A DNA stretch of 64,000 nt, taken from NCBI GenBank assembly GCA_963720115.1, contig CAVREN010000064.1, positions 35,753 through 99,752 of the forward strand, in the 5' to 3' direction. The number at the start of each line of letters is the position of its first letter. The stretch's first letter is position 1. This DNA comes from an uncultured Alphaproteobacteria bacterium. GTDB lineage: Bacteria > Pseudomonadota > Alphaproteobacteria > Rhizobiales > Xanthobacteraceae. Below, piece by piece: positions 1-11,065 of the stretch. The position numbers were made by a program, and so were the translations under genes. The notes under the pieces were generated by a model. The model was not told the DNA's origin. It was given only the letters and a program-made list of their open reading frames with translations, and did no database searches.

Positions 1-258
1 CTCAACGCCTTGCCGGACCAGCCGCCGCAATTGGTCAAACCCGACAGTCACGATCCGATCGGCGACGTCATTGAAAATCTGGAGGAGCCGCCGCCGGCAA
101 TGACTGGAAGTATCTGGCCGCCGACCCCCGCGCCGTCGATTGCGCCGTCGCCTGCACCTGTGGACGCCGCGCGCACCACAGCGCCTGCCGCGGCGGCCCC
201 CGCAAACGCGACGAACGCGGGGGCGCCCGCAGCAAAATCCGGGCGGCTGGACCGATGA
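1..258 (+). CDS. 3' end of an upstream dcw-cluster gene (Pro/Ala-rich tail, possibly FtsL-like); 5' end lies outside the window
   Basis: The frame is open from base 1 to TGA 256-258. The stop overlaps the ftsI ATG at 255 (ATGA). The ORF sits directly upstream of ftsI. No diagnostic motif was seen, so the product is a positional inference. Confidence 0.4.
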   Translation, partial: LNALPDQPPQLVKPDSHDPIGDVIENLEEPPPAMTGSIWPPTPAPSIAPSPAPVDAARTTAPAAAAPANATNAGAPAAKSGRLDR

Positions 259-2186
259 CTGCGATGACCGAAGCCGAAACACCGCCGCCGGCGGAGCTCG
301 CAGAAAATCCGATGCCGGAGGCGGCCACGAGCCTTGCGGCTGGGCCGGTATCACATCCGCTTGCGGCGGCGGACGCGCATCCACTCGCGGAGGCGCAAGA
401 AAGCGCGCAAACGCCGGAGCCGGCAGCTCCGGTCGTCGAAGCGCCGGTACGACCGGCGGTAACAGCTCCGACGGAGCCGTGGCGCCGTCGGGCTCTGCGG
501 GCGCTTCTCTACGGCAGCAAAGTCGATCGCAACGTGAAAGCACGCGCGCGGGTGGGGCTCGCGATTCTCGGTTTCGCCGTGGTCTATTGCATCATCGCCG
601 TGCGGCTGATCGCCTTCGGCATCGTCTCCGAGACCCGCGGCGGCCATCGTGTCGGCGGCGGCGACGCCATCGCCACGGCGCGCCCGGACATTCTCGACCG
701 CAACGGCGAAGTGCTGGCGACCGATGTGCGCGTGCCTTCGCTCTATGCCGAACCGCGCCGGCTGATCGATGTGGACGAAGCGGTCGAACTCCTCACCGCC
801 GATCTGCCGGACATCGATGCCGGCGAATTGCGCGAGCGGCTCTCGTCGAAGCGCGGCTTCGTCTGGCTCAAGCGCGACATCACGCCGGAGCAGCAGCGCG
901 CGATCTATCGCCAGGGCCTGCCGGGCATCGGCTTCCTGAACGAGAACAAGCGCGACTATCCGAGCAACAACGAAGCTTCGCACATCCTGGGCCACGTCAA
1001 TATCGACAACCAGGGCATCGCCGGCATGGAGAAGTGGCTCGATGGTCATGGTCTCGCCGCTCTGCACATGGCGGGCCTCGCCACCGACCGCCTGCAAAAT
1101 CCGGTCGAGCTGTCGGTCGATCTGCGTGTGCAGCACGCGTTGCGCGACGAGCTCGTCGCCGCCCGCACCAAATTCAAGGCGCTTGCCGCCGCCGGGATCG
1201 TGCTCGATGTGCGCACCGGCGAAGTGATCGCCATGGTGTCGGAGCCGGACTACAATCCCAACAATCCGCACGAGGCTTTGGACCCGACCCGCATCAACCG
1301 GCTGACCACCGGCGTGTTCGAGATGGGCTCGACCTTCAAGGCCTTCACCATCGCGATGGCGCTCGATTCCGGCAAGGTGACGCTCAAGTCGTCATTCGAC
1401 GCGCGCATGCCGCTGCGCTTCGGCAAGTTCGACATTCACGATTTCCACGCGCAGAATCGGGTGCTGACCGTCCCGGAAATCTTCACCTATTCGTCCAACA
1501 TCGGGGCTGCGCGCTCGGCGCTGGCGGTCGGCGTCGAGGCGCACAAGGCGTTCCTGAAAAAGCTGGGCCAGCTCGACCGGCTGCGCACCGAGTTGCCGGA
1601 GAGCGCCGAGCCGATCGTGCCCAAGCGCTGGGGCGAATTGAACACGATCACCATCGCTTTCGGCCATGGTCTCTCGGTCGCGCCGCTTCAGGCCGTCATG
1701 GGCACGGCAGCCTTGGTCAATGGCGGCATTCTCATTCCGCCCACCTTCCTCAAGCGCTCGGAGGCCGAGGCGGCCGCGCTCGGCAAGCGCGTGATCAAGC
1801 CCGAAACTTCTGAAATGATGCGCTACCTGATGCGGCTCAACGTGGAAAAGGGCACCGCCGAAAAGGCCGAGGTCAAAGGCTATTATATCGGCGGCAAGAC
1901 CGGCACCGCCGACAAGGTCATCAACGGCCACTATTCCAAGACCAAAGTGCTGACCGATTTCATGGCGGTGCTGCCGGCGGACAAGCCGAAATACGTACTG
2001 CTGATCATGATCGACGACCCGCAGGTCCTGCCGGAGACGCATGGCTTCAATACCTCCGGCTGGAACGCGGTGCCGGTCGGCGGCGCCGTGGTCGCCCGGA
2101 TCGCTCCGCTCCTGGGGATCGAGCCGCGTATGGACCTGCCGACAGCCGATCGCCTGATACTGGCCTCGATGAAGGAAAGCAGGTAA
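255..2186 (+). CDS. ftsI: Peptidoglycan D,D-transpeptidase FtsI (PBP3)
   Basis: 643-aa ORF with one TM segment ([21 protein letters not shown]) followed by penicillin-binding motifs STFK, SSN and KTGT. It heads the conserved ftsI-murE-murF-mraY order. The N-terminal extension is long and acidic/Pro-rich, so the start is uncertain (255 or 312). Confidence 0.93.
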   Translation: MTAMTEAETPPPAELAENPMPEAATSLAAGPVSHPLAAADAHPLAEAQESAQTPEPAAPVVEAPVRPAVTAPTEPWRRRALRALLYGSKVDRNVKARARVGLAILGFAVVYCIIAVRLIAFGIVSETRGGHRVGGGDAIATARPDILDRNGEVLATDVRVPSLYAEPRRLIDVDEAVELLTADLPDIDAGELRERLSSKRGFVWLKRDITPEQQRAIYRQGLPGIGFLNENKRDYPSNNEASHILGHVNIDNQGIAGMEKWLDGHGLAALHMAGLATDRLQNPVELSVDLRVQHALRDELVAARTKFKALAAAGIVLDVRTGEVIAMVSEPDYNPNNPHEALDPTRINRLTTGVFEMGSTFKAFTIAMALDSGKVTLKSSFDARMPLRFGKFDIHDFHAQNRVLTVPEIFTYSSNIGAARSALAVGVEAHKAFLKKLGQLDRLRTELPESAEPIVPKRWGELNTITIAFGHGLSVAPLQAVMGTAALVNGGILIPPTFLKRSEAEAAALGKRVIKPETSEMMRYLMRLNVEKGTAEKAEVKGYYIGGKTGTADKVINGHYSKTKVLTDFMAVLPADKPKYVLLIMIDDPQVLPETHGFNTSGWNAVPVGGAVVARIAPLLGIEPRMDLPTADRLILASMKESR

Positions 2187-2193
2187 GGCGGGG

Positions 2194-2295
2194 CTAGAGC
2201 AGATGCCGATTTGATTGAATCGTCTGCTCTAGATTCTTAAGCGGTCGCATGTCCTTTTCGGAAAACCGGTTTCCACTTTTCCGGGACATGCTCCA
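2194..2295. repeat. Composite palindromic intergenic repeat: a CTAGAGCAGA/TCTGCTCTAG hairpin plus a degenerate copy of the 49-bp GAGCATGATCCGGAAAAGTGG... palindrome
   Basis: Perfect 10-bp inverted repeat at 2194-2203 / 2223-2232. It is followed by GCATGTCCTTTTCGGAAAACCGGTTTCCACTTTTCCGGGACATGC (2247-2291). The same two-part element recurs at 40800-40901 and 48136-48235. This copy lies between ftsI and murE inside the operon. Confidence 0.8.
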
Positions 2296-2316
2296 AAGCA
2301 CATCCGGCGAGCCGCC

Positions 2317-3771
2317 ATGAAGCTTCGCGCCATTCTGCCTCCGGACGCGGCCATCGAGATTGGCAGCCCCGATCTCGACGTGTGCGGGGTGGCGGCGGAT
2401 TCGCGCGCGGTCAAGCCGGACGACATCTTCGTCGCAATCGAAGGCGGCAAGACCGACGGCTTGAAATTCGTCGCCGCGGCACTCGCCGCCGGCGCAACCG
2501 CGATCCTCGCGCAGCGGGCGCCGGAAACGCCGCTGCCCGCGGGCGTTGCGTTCGTGCGCGTCGGCAATGCGCGGCGCGCGCTGGCGTTGATCGCGGCGAA
2601 TTTTTTCGCGCGCCAGCCGCAGACCATCGCCGCCGTCACCGGCACGAGCGGCAAGACATCGGTCGCCGCCTTCACGCGCCAGATCTGGACAGCGCTCGGG
2701 AACTCTGCCGCGAGCATCGGCACGATCGGCATCGTCTCGCCGCGCGGCGAGACCTATGGCTCGCTGACCACGCCCGATCCGGTGGCGCTGCATCGCTCGC
2801 TCGATGCGCTTGCCGGCGAAGGCGTCACGCATCTTGCGATCGAAGCGTCTTCGCACGGGCTCGATCAAAACCGGCTCGATGGTTTGCGTATCGCGGCTGC
2901 GGCCTTCACCAATCTCTCGCGCGATCATCTCGACTATCACCCGACCATCGAGGCCTATCTCGCCGCCAAGCTCAGGCTGTTCGAGGAATTGGTCGCGCCC
3001 GGCGGCGCCGCCGTCATCGATGTCGATCACGAGCATGGCAACGCCGTCGTTGCCGCCGCCAAGAAGCGCGGCTTGCGGCTTATCACCGTCGGTCGCGCCG
3101 GTGATGGGATTCGCCTCATCGATTCCGCGGTGGATGGTTTCGCGCAGCGGCTTCGGGTCGTTTATGCCGGGAAGGAGTTCCAGGTCCGTTTGCCGTTGGT
3201 CGGCGAATTTCAGGTCGAGAACGCGTTGGTCGCTGCCGGGCTTGTCATCGGTACGGGCGGCGATCCGGCTGCGGTATTCGCGGCGCTCGAGCACATTGCC
3301 GGCGCCAAAGGCCGGCTCGATCTCGCTGGCGTGAACAACGGCGCGCCGATTTTCATCGACTATGCCCACAAGCCCGATGCGCTCGCCAAAGCGCTCGATG
3401 CACTGCGGCCCGCGGCGAGGGGCAGGCTTGTCGTCGTGTTCGGCGCCGGCGGCGATCGCGACCGCGGCAAGCGGCCATTGATGGGCGAAGTCGCGGCCGC
3501 CAAGGCCGACCGGGTGATCGTCACTGACGACAATCCGCGCAGCGAGGAGCCGGCCGCCATCCGCGCCGCCATCCTCGCCGCCGCCCCCGGTGCCGCCGAA
3601 ATCGGCGACCGGCGCGAGGCGATCCGCGCGGCTATTGCCGATTTGCGCGCCGGCGACGTTTTGCTGATCGCCGGCAAGGGCCATGAAACCGGCCAAATCA
3701 TCGGCGACCGGACAATACCGTTCAGCGATCACGAGGCGGTCGCCGCGGCACTGAAGGAGCTTGCCGCATGA
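2317..3771 (+). CDS. murE: UDP-N-acetylmuramoyl-L-alanyl-D-glutamate--2,6-diaminopimelate ligase
   Basis: 484-aa ORF with the Mur ligase P-loop GTSGKTS and the DNPR motif (VTDDNPRSE) typical of mDAP-adding MurE. The stop overlaps the murF ATG (ATGA at 3768). Confidence 0.95.
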   Translation: MKLRAILPPDAAIEIGSPDLDVCGVAADSRAVKPDDIFVAIEGGKTDGLKFVAAALAAGATAILAQRAPETPLPAGVAFVRVGNARRALALIAANFFARQPQTIAAVTGTSGKTSVAAFTRQIWTALGNSAASIGTIGIVSPRGETYGSLTTPDPVALHRSLDALAGEGVTHLAIEASSHGLDQNRLDGLRIAAAAFTNLSRDHLDYHPTIEAYLAAKLRLFEELVAPGGAAVIDVDHEHGNAVVAAAKKRGLRLITVGRAGDGIRLIDSAVDGFAQRLRVVYAGKEFQVRLPLVGEFQVENALVAAGLVIGTGGDPAAVFAALEHIAGAKGRLDLAGVNNGAPIFIDYAHKPDALAKALDALRPAARGRLVVVFGAGGDRDRGKRPLMGEVAAAKADRVIVTDDNPRSEEPAAIRAAILAAAPGAAEIGDRREAIRAAIADLRAGDVLLIAGKGHETGQIIGDRTIPFSDHEAVAAALKELAA

Positions 3772-5241
3772 GCGTGCCGGCGCTGTGGACTCTCGAAGAC
3801 ATGGCCGCCGCGATGGGCGCCGAGCGGCAGGGCGCGCTGCCGGCGACGATCTCCGGGCTTTCGATCGATACGCGCACGATCGGAGAGGGCGAGGCGTTTT
3901 TCGCGCTTGCTGACCGCCGCGACGGCCACGAATTCGTTCCCGCCGCGCTCGCCGCCAAAGCCGCGCTCGCCGTTGTCGCCGCTGAGCGCCGTGCCGACAT
4001 GCCAAAGGATGCGCCGCTCCTCATCGTGCCGGACGTGCTCGCCGCGCTGCGCGCGCTCGCCGTTGCGGCGCGAGCGCGCACGCAGGCCAAGGTGATCGGC
4101 GTCACTGGTTCGGTCGGCAAGACCAGCACCAAGGAAGCGCTGCGGCTCGCGCTGTCGAAAGATGGCGAGACGCACGCATCGGTCGCTTCCTACAACAATC
4201 ACTGGGGCGTGCCGCTGTCGCTCGCGCGCTGTCCGGCGGGCGCGCACTATGCCGTGCTGGAAATGGGCATGAACCATGCCGGCGAGATCGAGCCGCTGTC
4301 GCGGCTCGCGCGCCCGCACGTGGCGATCATCACCACCATCGCGCCGGTGCATCTCGAATTTTTCGGGACGCTCGCCAAAATCGCCGACGCCAAGGCCGAG
4401 ATCTTTTCCGGATTGGAGAAAGACGGCGCCGCGGTCATCGATCGCGACATCGCGCAGTTCGCCCGTCTCAAGCGCCGCGCCAAGGAAGCGAAGGTTGCGC
4501 GCGTAATCTCGTTCGGCGAGCACGCCAAAGCCGATGCACGTTTGATCAAATGCGCCCTGCATCCGGACTGCTCCACTGTGCAGGCCGATATTCTCGGCCA
4601 CGAGCTGACCTATAAGATCGGGGCGCCCGGGCGTCATCTCGTGCACAATTCGCTGGCCGTGTTGGCGAGCGCCATGCTGGTCGGCGCCGATCTGGCGCTC
4701 GCGGCGCTCGCGCTCTCGGAGTTCCAGCCGGCGTCCGGCCGCGGCACGCGGCTCGAGATCGAGCTGCCGGATGGAACCGCGCTCGTCATCGACGAAAGCT
4801 ATAATGCCAATCCTGCCTCCATGGCGGCCTCGCTTACCCTTCTCGGCCAGACGCCAATCGGCCCGCGCGGCCGGCGCATAGCCGTGCTGGGCGACATGCT
4901 GGAACTCGGCTCGCGCGGCCGGGCGCTGCATCGCGGCTTGGTCGAGCCGGTATTGGCCAACTCCGTCGATCTGGTTTTCTGCTCCGGCCCGTTGATGAAG
5001 GCCCTATGGCAGGCCCTTCCCGCCGGCCGCCGCGGCGGCTATGCAGAGGAACTCGGGCACGCTTGAGCCGCAGCTATTGTCCGCGATCCGTGGCGGCGAT
5101 GCCATCATGGTCAAAGGCTCCCTCGGCTCGCGCATGGGGCCCATCGTCAAGGCGCTGCAACGTCTATCCGCGCGCCAGAATATGTCGGAGACTGGCGCGT
5201 CCCGTAACGGCACGTTGCAGACCGCGTCCGCACAAGGTTGA
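3768..5241 (+). CDS. murF: UDP-N-acetylmuramoyl-tripeptide--D-alanyl-D-alanine ligase, reading frame interrupted by an apparent +1 shift near 5044-5056
   Basis: ORF 3768-5066 carries the P-loop [11 protein letters not shown] and ends ...[12 protein letters not shown]. The conserved MurF C-terminus ([28 protein letters not shown]) continues in the next frame (ORF 5041-5241), which stops 4 nt before the mraY ATG. Confidence 0.85.
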
Positions 5242-5245
5242 TGCG

Positions 5246-6331
5246 ATGCTTTATTGGCTGATCGATCTGTCGGACAAGATCACCGTCCTTAACGTCTTTC
5301 GCTACATCACTTTCCGCACCGGCGGCGCTGTCATCACCGGGCTCTTGTTCGTCTTTTTGTTCGGCCCGACCATCATCGGCCGCCTGCGCTCGTTGCAAGG
5401 AAAAGGCCAACCGATCCGCGCCGACGGCCCGCAATCCCACATCATCGCCAAGGCCGGCACGCCGACCATGGGCGGCTTGATGATCCTTTCCGGCATGGTC
5501 GTGTCGACTCTGCTGTGGGCCAATCCGCGCAATCCTTACGTATGGGTCGTGATGTGGGTGACGCTCGGCTTCGGCATGGTCGGCTTCTATGACGATTATC
5601 TGAAAGTCACCAAGCAGACCCACAAAGGATTCGCCGGAGCGGCGCGGCTCACGATCGAAGCCGGAATTGCACTGGTCGCCTGCATCGCGTTTGTGGAATT
5701 GGGGCGCGTGCCGTTTTCCACTTCGCTGGTGTTCCCGCTATTCAAGGAGCTGGTGATCAATTTCGGCTGGTTCTACGTGATCTTCGCGATCCTGATCATT
5801 GTCGGCGCCGGCAACGCGGTGAATCTCACCGATGGCCTCGATGGGCTTGCCATCGTGCCGGTCATGATCGCCGCCTCGAGTTTCGGCATGATCGCGTACC
5901 TCTCAGGCAACGCGGTGTTCGCCGACTATTTGCAGATTCACTATGTGGCCGGCACCGGCGAGCTTGCGGTGTTGCTTGGCGCCGTGTTCGGCGCGGGCCT
6001 CGGGTTTCTTTGGTTTAATGCGCCGCCAGCCTCGATCTTCATGGGCGATACCGGCTCGCTCGCGCTCGGCGGCATGATCGGCGCCGTCGCGGTCGCGACC
6101 AAACATGAGATCGTGCTCGCGGTGATCGGCGGCTTGTTCGTCCTCGAAGCGGTCTCGGTCATCGTGCAGGTCGTGTCGTTCAAGCTCACCGGCAAGCGCG
6201 TCTTCAGGATGGCGCCGATCCATCATCATTTCGAACAGCTTGGGTGGACGGAGCCGCAGATCGTCATCCGTTTCTGGATCGTCGCGGTCGTGCTCGCGCT
6301 GGCCGGGCTCTCGACCTTGAAGCTGCGGTAG
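5246..6331 (+). CDS. mraY: Phospho-N-acetylmuramoyl-pentapeptide transferase
   Basis: 361 aa counted from ATG 5246 ([28 protein letters not shown]). Polytopic membrane protein with [13 protein letters not shown] and PIHHHFE motifs. Conserved position after murF. Confidence 0.95.
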   Translation: MLYWLIDLSDKITVLNVFRYITFRTGGAVITGLLFVFLFGPTIIGRLRSLQGKGQPIRADGPQSHIIAKAGTPTMGGLMILSGMVVSTLLWANPRNPYVWVVMWVTLGFGMVGFYDDYLKVTKQTHKGFAGAARLTIEAGIALVACIAFVELGRVPFSTSLVFPLFKELVINFGWFYVIFAILIIVGAGNAVNLTDGLDGLAIVPVMIAASSFGMIAYLSGNAVFADYLQIHYVAGTGELAVLLGAVFGAGLGFLWFNAPPASIFMGDTGSLALGGMIGAVAVATKHEIVLAVIGGLFVLEAVSVIVQVVSFKLTGKRVFRMAPIHHHFEQLGWTEPQIVIRFWIVAVVLALAGLSTLKLR

Positions 6332-6337
6332 TTTGCC

Positions 6338-7759
6338 GTGATTCCGGTCGCGACTCTTGCCGGCCGGAAGGTCGCCGTGTTCGGCCTGGGCGGCTCGGGC
6401 CTGGTCAGCGCGCAAGCGCTCATCGCCGGCGGTGCGGACGTGATCGCCTCCGACGACAATGCCGACAGCCTCAAGAAGGCCGAAGCCGCCGGTATCCCGA
6501 TCGTGGATTTGCGCGCGATCGATTGGACCAAAATTGCTACGCTTGTGCTTGCGCCCGGCGTGCCGCTCACGCATCCGAAACCGCACTGGACCGTCGAACT
6601 GGCGCATAAGGCGGGCGTGCCGGTGATCGGCGATATCGAACTGTTCTGCCGCGAGCGCCGCCGGCTGGCGCAAGCCGCGCCCTTCGTCGCCATCACCGGC
6701 ACCAACGGCAAATCGACGACGACGGCCTTGACCGCGCATCTGGTGGCTTCGGCCGGCATGGACGCGCAGCTCGGCGGCAATATCGGCACCGCAATTCTTT
6801 CGCTTGCGCCGCCGCAGACGCCGGACATCGTGCCCACGCGGGTTCACGTCATCGAATGTTCGTCTTATCAGATCGACCTCGCGCCATCGCTCGATCCGTC
6901 GATCGGCATCCTGATCAATCTGAGCGAAGACCATCTCGATCGTCACGGCACGATGGCGCATTACGCGGACGTGAAAGCGCGCCTGGTGGCGGGCGTACCG
7001 GGGGGCGGCACCGCCATTGTCGGCGTCGATGACGAAGGGTGCCGGGCCATTGCCGATCGCCTTGCGCGATCCGGAAAACCCGCCATGCGCATTTCCGTGC
7101 GCGGCGCGCTTGCTGACGGCATCTATGCCGATGGGCCCCGGATCATACGCGCGATTGCCGGCAAAGCGACATCGATCGCCGACTTAAGCGGGATCGGCTC
7201 GCTGCGCGGCCAGCACAATGCGCAGAACGCGGCTTGTGCCAGCGCGGCCGCGCTCGCACTCGGTCTTCCACCTGAGGCGATTCAAGCGGGCCTGCGCTCG
7301 TTCCCGGGTCTCGCGCACCGCATGGAAGAAGTCGGGCGCGCCGGCAATGTGCTGTTCGTCAACGATTCGAAAGCCACCAATGCCGACTCGGCGGCGCAGG
7401 CGCTGGTCTGCTTCGACGACATTTTCTGGATCGCCGGCGGCCAACCAAAGACCGGCGGTATCGCATCGCTGCGCGGCTTCTTTCCACGGATCCGCAAGGC
7501 GTATCTGATCGGCGAAGCAGCCGGCGAATTCGCCGCGACGCTCGGCGGCGACGTAACCCACGAAATTGCCGGCACACTCGATAAGGCGGTCGCCGCGGCG
7601 GCGCGCGATGCAGCGCTTTCGGCGGCGCGCCAGCCGGTCGTGCTGCTCTCGCCCGCCTGTGCCTCGTTCGACCAGTACCGCAATTTCGAAGTGCGCGGCG
7701 ATGCCTTCCGCACGCTCGTCCAGGCTTTGCCCGGGGTCGCGAGTACTGGCGGCCGATGA
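6338..7759 (+). CDS. murD: UDP-N-acetylmuramoylalanine--D-glutamate ligase
   Basis: 473-aa ORF with a GTG start, an N-terminal Rossmann motif ([11 protein letters not shown]) and the Mur ligase P-loop GTNGKSTT. Conserved position. Confidence 0.95.
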   Translation: MIPVATLAGRKVAVFGLGGSGLVSAQALIAGGADVIASDDNADSLKKAEAAGIPIVDLRAIDWTKIATLVLAPGVPLTHPKPHWTVELAHKAGVPVIGDIELFCRERRRLAQAAPFVAITGTNGKSTTTALTAHLVASAGMDAQLGGNIGTAILSLAPPQTPDIVPTRVHVIECSSYQIDLAPSLDPSIGILINLSEDHLDRHGTMAHYADVKARLVAGVPGGGTAIVGVDDEGCRAIADRLARSGKPAMRISVRGALADGIYADGPRIIRAIAGKATSIADLSGIGSLRGQHNAQNAACASAAALALGLPPEAIQAGLRSFPGLAHRMEEVGRAGNVLFVNDSKATNADSAAQALVCFDDIFWIAGGQPKTGGIASLRGFFPRIRKAYLIGEAAGEFAATLGGDVTHEIAGTLDKAVAAAARDAALSAARQPVVLLSPACASFDQYRNFEVRGDAFRTLVQALPGVASTGGR

Positions 7760-9312
7760 CCGCGCTCCTCGATCGAAAATCGATGCTGCGGTGGATGACG
7801 CACGTCAACAGGCTCGATGCCTGGCTCGGCGCGATGCTGCTTTCGCCGCAACGCGCCGGTGCCGGCGTCAGCGTTGCCATCGCGATCTTCTGCATCCTCG
7901 GCGTCTTCGTCCTGCTCTTGCTGAAGCCGGCCGAAACCCTCTTCATGGACAGCACCGAGGCGTACGCCTGGGGCATGCAATTCCTCGGCGGCTACGGCCG
8001 CCATCCGCCGCTCACCGGCTGGATCGCGCGCGTCTGGTACAGCGTATTTCCGGCGACCCATTGGTCGTCCTACGCGCTGTCCGGCGTCATGATCGGTATC
8101 TCGATCGGCTCGATTTATTTGATCGGGTTGCGCGTGCTCGGCCGCCGGCGCGCGACGCTGATCGTCTTTGCGATGATGTTCTATCCGCTTTTCATCGGCG
8201 GCAAGGCGGACCGGTTCAACAATTATCAGGTTCTGCTCGCCGTCCTTCCGCTCACGATCTGGCTGTTTCTGCGCGCCTACGACAAGCCGAACGTCAGATC
8301 GGGCATTGCGCTCGGCCTCTCAGCGGCGGCCGCGACGCTGACCATTTATTCGGCGGCTTTCGGTCTCGTCGGCATCGCGCTTACCGCGCTCATACACCCG
8401 GGCCGGCGGAAATTCTTCACGCATCCGGCGCCCTATGTGGCGGTGGTCGTCTACCCCTTGGCGTTGTCGCCCCATCTCGTTTGGCTTTTTCACAACGATT
8501 TTTCATCGCTGCGCTGGGCGGAAAGCTTCGTCGACCACGTGTCGCACCGCGCCCACGTTCTGACTTATCTCGGGCAGCATTTCGGGCTGGTGGCTTTCTG
8601 CCTGCTCGGTGCCGTGATTTCACTCATCCCGTGGCGCCTGCGAGCCGGGCCGATCGACGCGCTGCCGCCGACCGATCGCCCGCACATTCTCATCATCGCC
8701 GCCGCGCTCATCGGCGGCCCGGCGCTGATGGGCCTTGCCTTCAACGTCTTTCTGAAGCCGGATTGGGGCAATCCCTTCTTCTTCCTGGTGCCGCTCTGTG
8801 TTCTTTCGCTGGTGCCCAGCGTACTGGTCACGCGCCGAGCGGTCGCCAGATCCGTGGTCGTGGCCGCGGTCTTTGTTTTTGCCCTGTTGATCGGTTCGCC
8901 GCTGTTTTCCTGGGTGCGTTACCAAAAAGAGCTGGACGATGGCCTGTACCGGCCGTTTCCCGAGGCTGCCGCCGAGATCACGCGGCTCTGGCATGAGCGG
9001 TATCATTCGCGGCTGCCGATCATCGCCTCGGGTTTCGAGATTGCCGCGCCGATCGTGTTCTACAGTCCCGATCATCCGAAGATGTTCTCGGATTTCGACC
9101 CGGCTTATGCGCCATGGATCGACTATCCGGCCGAGCTTAAGCAAAAAGGCTTTGTCGGCGTGTGCTTTGCCGACGACGCCGGCTGCCGCGCCAATCTCAA
9201 GGCGCTCAATTCCAATGCCGAGCCGCTTGAGCTCACGGTGCATCGGCGGATGTATGGGATCATGACCCCGCCCATCAAGCTCCATTTGGAATTCACCGCC
9301 CCGAATTCCTGA
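7756..9312 (+). CDS. Polytopic membrane protein, GT-C fold glycosyltransferase (family 39/83, ArnT/PMT-like)
   Basis: 518-aa ORF with about 11 hydrophobic segments and an acidic motif in the first loop ([10 protein letters not shown]) resembling the DE..Y motif of ArnT/PMT enzymes. The ATG overlaps the murD stop (ATGA at 7756). The family call is from memory. Confidence 0.65.
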   Translation: MTALLDRKSMLRWMTHVNRLDAWLGAMLLSPQRAGAGVSVAIAIFCILGVFVLLLLKPAETLFMDSTEAYAWGMQFLGGYGRHPPLTGWIARVWYSVFPATHWSSYALSGVMIGISIGSIYLIGLRVLGRRRATLIVFAMMFYPLFIGGKADRFNNYQVLLAVLPLTIWLFLRAYDKPNVRSGIALGLSAAAATLTIYSAAFGLVGIALTALIHPGRRKFFTHPAPYVAVVVYPLALSPHLVWLFHNDFSSLRWAESFVDHVSHRAHVLTYLGQHFGLVAFCLLGAVISLIPWRLRAGPIDALPPTDRPHILIIAAALIGGPALMGLAFNVFLKPDWGNPFFFLVPLCVLSLVPSVLVTRRAVARSVVVAAVFVFALLIGSPLFSWVRYQKELDDGLYRPFPEAAAEITRLWHERYHSRLPIIASGFEIAAPIVFYSPDHPKMFSDFDPAYAPWIDYPAELKQKGFVGVCFADDAGCRANLKALNSNAEPLELTVHRRMYGIMTPPIKLHLEFTAPNS

Positions 9313-9320
9313 GCAGCACG

Positions 9321-9788
9321 ATGGTGCAAATCGTCCCTGGCAACCTTGGCGATCCGCGGGTCATCGATCTCCTGCAGATCCATCTCAAGCGCGCCCGTGC
9401 CGAAACGGCGCCGGGGAGCGCCCACGCTTTGGACCTCACTGGGCTGCAGTCGCCCGACATCAGTTTTTGGACGATCTGGGATGATGAGGTGCTGCTCGGC
9501 TTCGGCGCGCTGAAGCGGCTGTCGGCAGACCACGGTGAGGTCAAATCGATGCACACCGTCGAATCGGAGCGCGGCAAGGGGATCGGCAGTGCGATGTTGC
9601 GGCACATCATGGCGGCCGCATGCGCTGGTGCCATGTCACGGCTGAGCCTGGAGACAGGTTCCTGGGACTATTTTCGGCCCGCGGGGGCGCTGTATCGCAA
9701 GCACGGCTTTGTCGAATGCGCGCCGTTTGGCGACTACTTGCCCGATCCGAACAGCGTTTTCATGTCGCTCGACCTGCGCAAACCATGA
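9321..9788 (+). CDS. GNAT family N-acetyltransferase
   Basis: 155-aa ORF with the acetyl-CoA binding motif A (VESERGKGIGSAMLRHI) and a C-terminal YRKHGF motif. Confidence 0.85.
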   Translation: MVQIVPGNLGDPRVIDLLQIHLKRARAETAPGSAHALDLTGLQSPDISFWTIWDDEVLLGFGALKRLSADHGEVKSMHTVESERGKGIGSAMLRHIMAAACAGAMSRLSLETGSWDYFRPAGALYRKHGFVECAPFGDYLPDPNSVFMSLDLRKP

Positions 9789-9919
9789 CCCGACGACCGC
9801 TGCCAGCGATCCGAAGCGCCGGGTCGCCCAGATACGTCCCTTCCTTAATCCCGTGTAAACCACCCTGGTGCCACCACTGAGCGGGATCACCTTTTGGGGA
9901 CTCTGGTCTCGGGGATGTC

Positions 9920-11065
9920 ATGGCGTCGCGCGCGCAGCCCACGCCCTTGAGCGAATGGTGGCGGACGGTCGATCGGCTCACGCTGGCTGCGCTCGGCGCG
10001 CTGATGCTCGGCGGCATCATTCTCTGCCTGGCCGCAAGTCCGCCGGTTGCCGCGCGCATCGGGCTTGACCCGTTCCACTTCGTCAACCGGCAGGTGTTCT
10101 TCCTTATTCCCGCTGCGGCCGTGCTGATCGCGACCTCGGTCTTGTCGCCGCGCGACATCCGCAAGCTTTCGCTGCTCGTCTTTCTGGTCAGCCTCGCGCT
10201 GGTCGCTGCCACGCCGCATTTCGGCGCCGAGATCAAGGGCGCACGACGCTGGCTGGTAATCCTCGGTGTCAACATTCAGCCGTCGGAGTTCCTCAAGCCG
10301 GCATTCGTAGTCCTGATCGCCTGGCTGTTCGGCGAATCCGGCCGTCGGCCCGACATGCCGGCCAATACGGTGGCGCTCGCCCTACTCATGATCGTCGTGA
10401 GCCTGTTGGTGCTGCAGCCGGATTTCGGCCAGACCATGCTCATCACGCTTGTCTGGGGCGCGCTGTTCTATATGGCCGGTATGCGCTTTATCTGGGTGCT
10501 CGGCTTGGGTGCCACCGCGAGCGTCGGCCTGTTGACGGCCTTCTACACGGTCCCGCACGTCGCCCAGCGTATCAACCGTTTTCTCGATCCATCGTCCGGC
10601 GATACCTTCAATATCGACATCGCGACCGAATCCTTCGTGCGCGGCGGCTGGTTCGGCCGCGGTCCGGGTGAGGGCACGATCAAACGTATTTTGCCCGAGG
10701 GCCACACCGACTTCGTCTTCGCTGTCGCAGGCGAAGAATTCGGCGTCGTACTCTGTCTCATTCTGGTAGCTTTGTTCGCTTTTATTGTGATCCGCGCTCT
10801 GGTCAAGGCGATGCATAATGAGGATGCTTTCATCCGGTTCGCCGCGGCGGGGCTTGCGATTTTGTTCGGGCTGCAATCGACCATCAACATGGCCGTGAAT
10901 CTCCATTTGATGCCGGCGAAGGGAATGACGCTGCCGTTCATCTCCTACGGCGGCTCGTCGCTCATTTCACTCGCCTATGGCATGGGCATGCTGATCGCGC
11001 TGACGCGCGAGCGGCCGCAAGCGCATCTTTCCAGCGGCACAGTGCTCGCTGCGAGCGCGGTCTGA
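9920..11065 (+). CDS. ftsW: SEDS-family peptidoglycan glycosyltransferase FtsW
   Basis: 381-aa polytopic ORF with FtsW/RodA signatures (QPSEFLKP, HTDFVFAV, LPFISYGGSS). The stop overlaps the murG ATG by 1 nt. Confidence 0.93.
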   Translation: MASRAQPTPLSEWWRTVDRLTLAALGALMLGGIILCLAASPPVAARIGLDPFHFVNRQVFFLIPAAAVLIATSVLSPRDIRKLSLLVFLVSLALVAATPHFGAEIKGARRWLVILGVNIQPSEFLKPAFVVLIAWLFGESGRRPDMPANTVALALLMIVVSLLVLQPDFGQTMLITLVWGALFYMAGMRFIWVLGLGATASVGLLTAFYTVPHVAQRINRFLDPSSGDTFNIDIATESFVRGGWFGRGPGEGTIKRILPEGHTDFVFAVAGEEFGVVLCLILVALFAFIVIRALVKAMHNEDAFIRFAAAGLAILFGLQSTINMAVNLHLMPAKGMTLPFISYGGSSLISLAYGMGMLIALTRERPQAHLSSGTVLAASAV

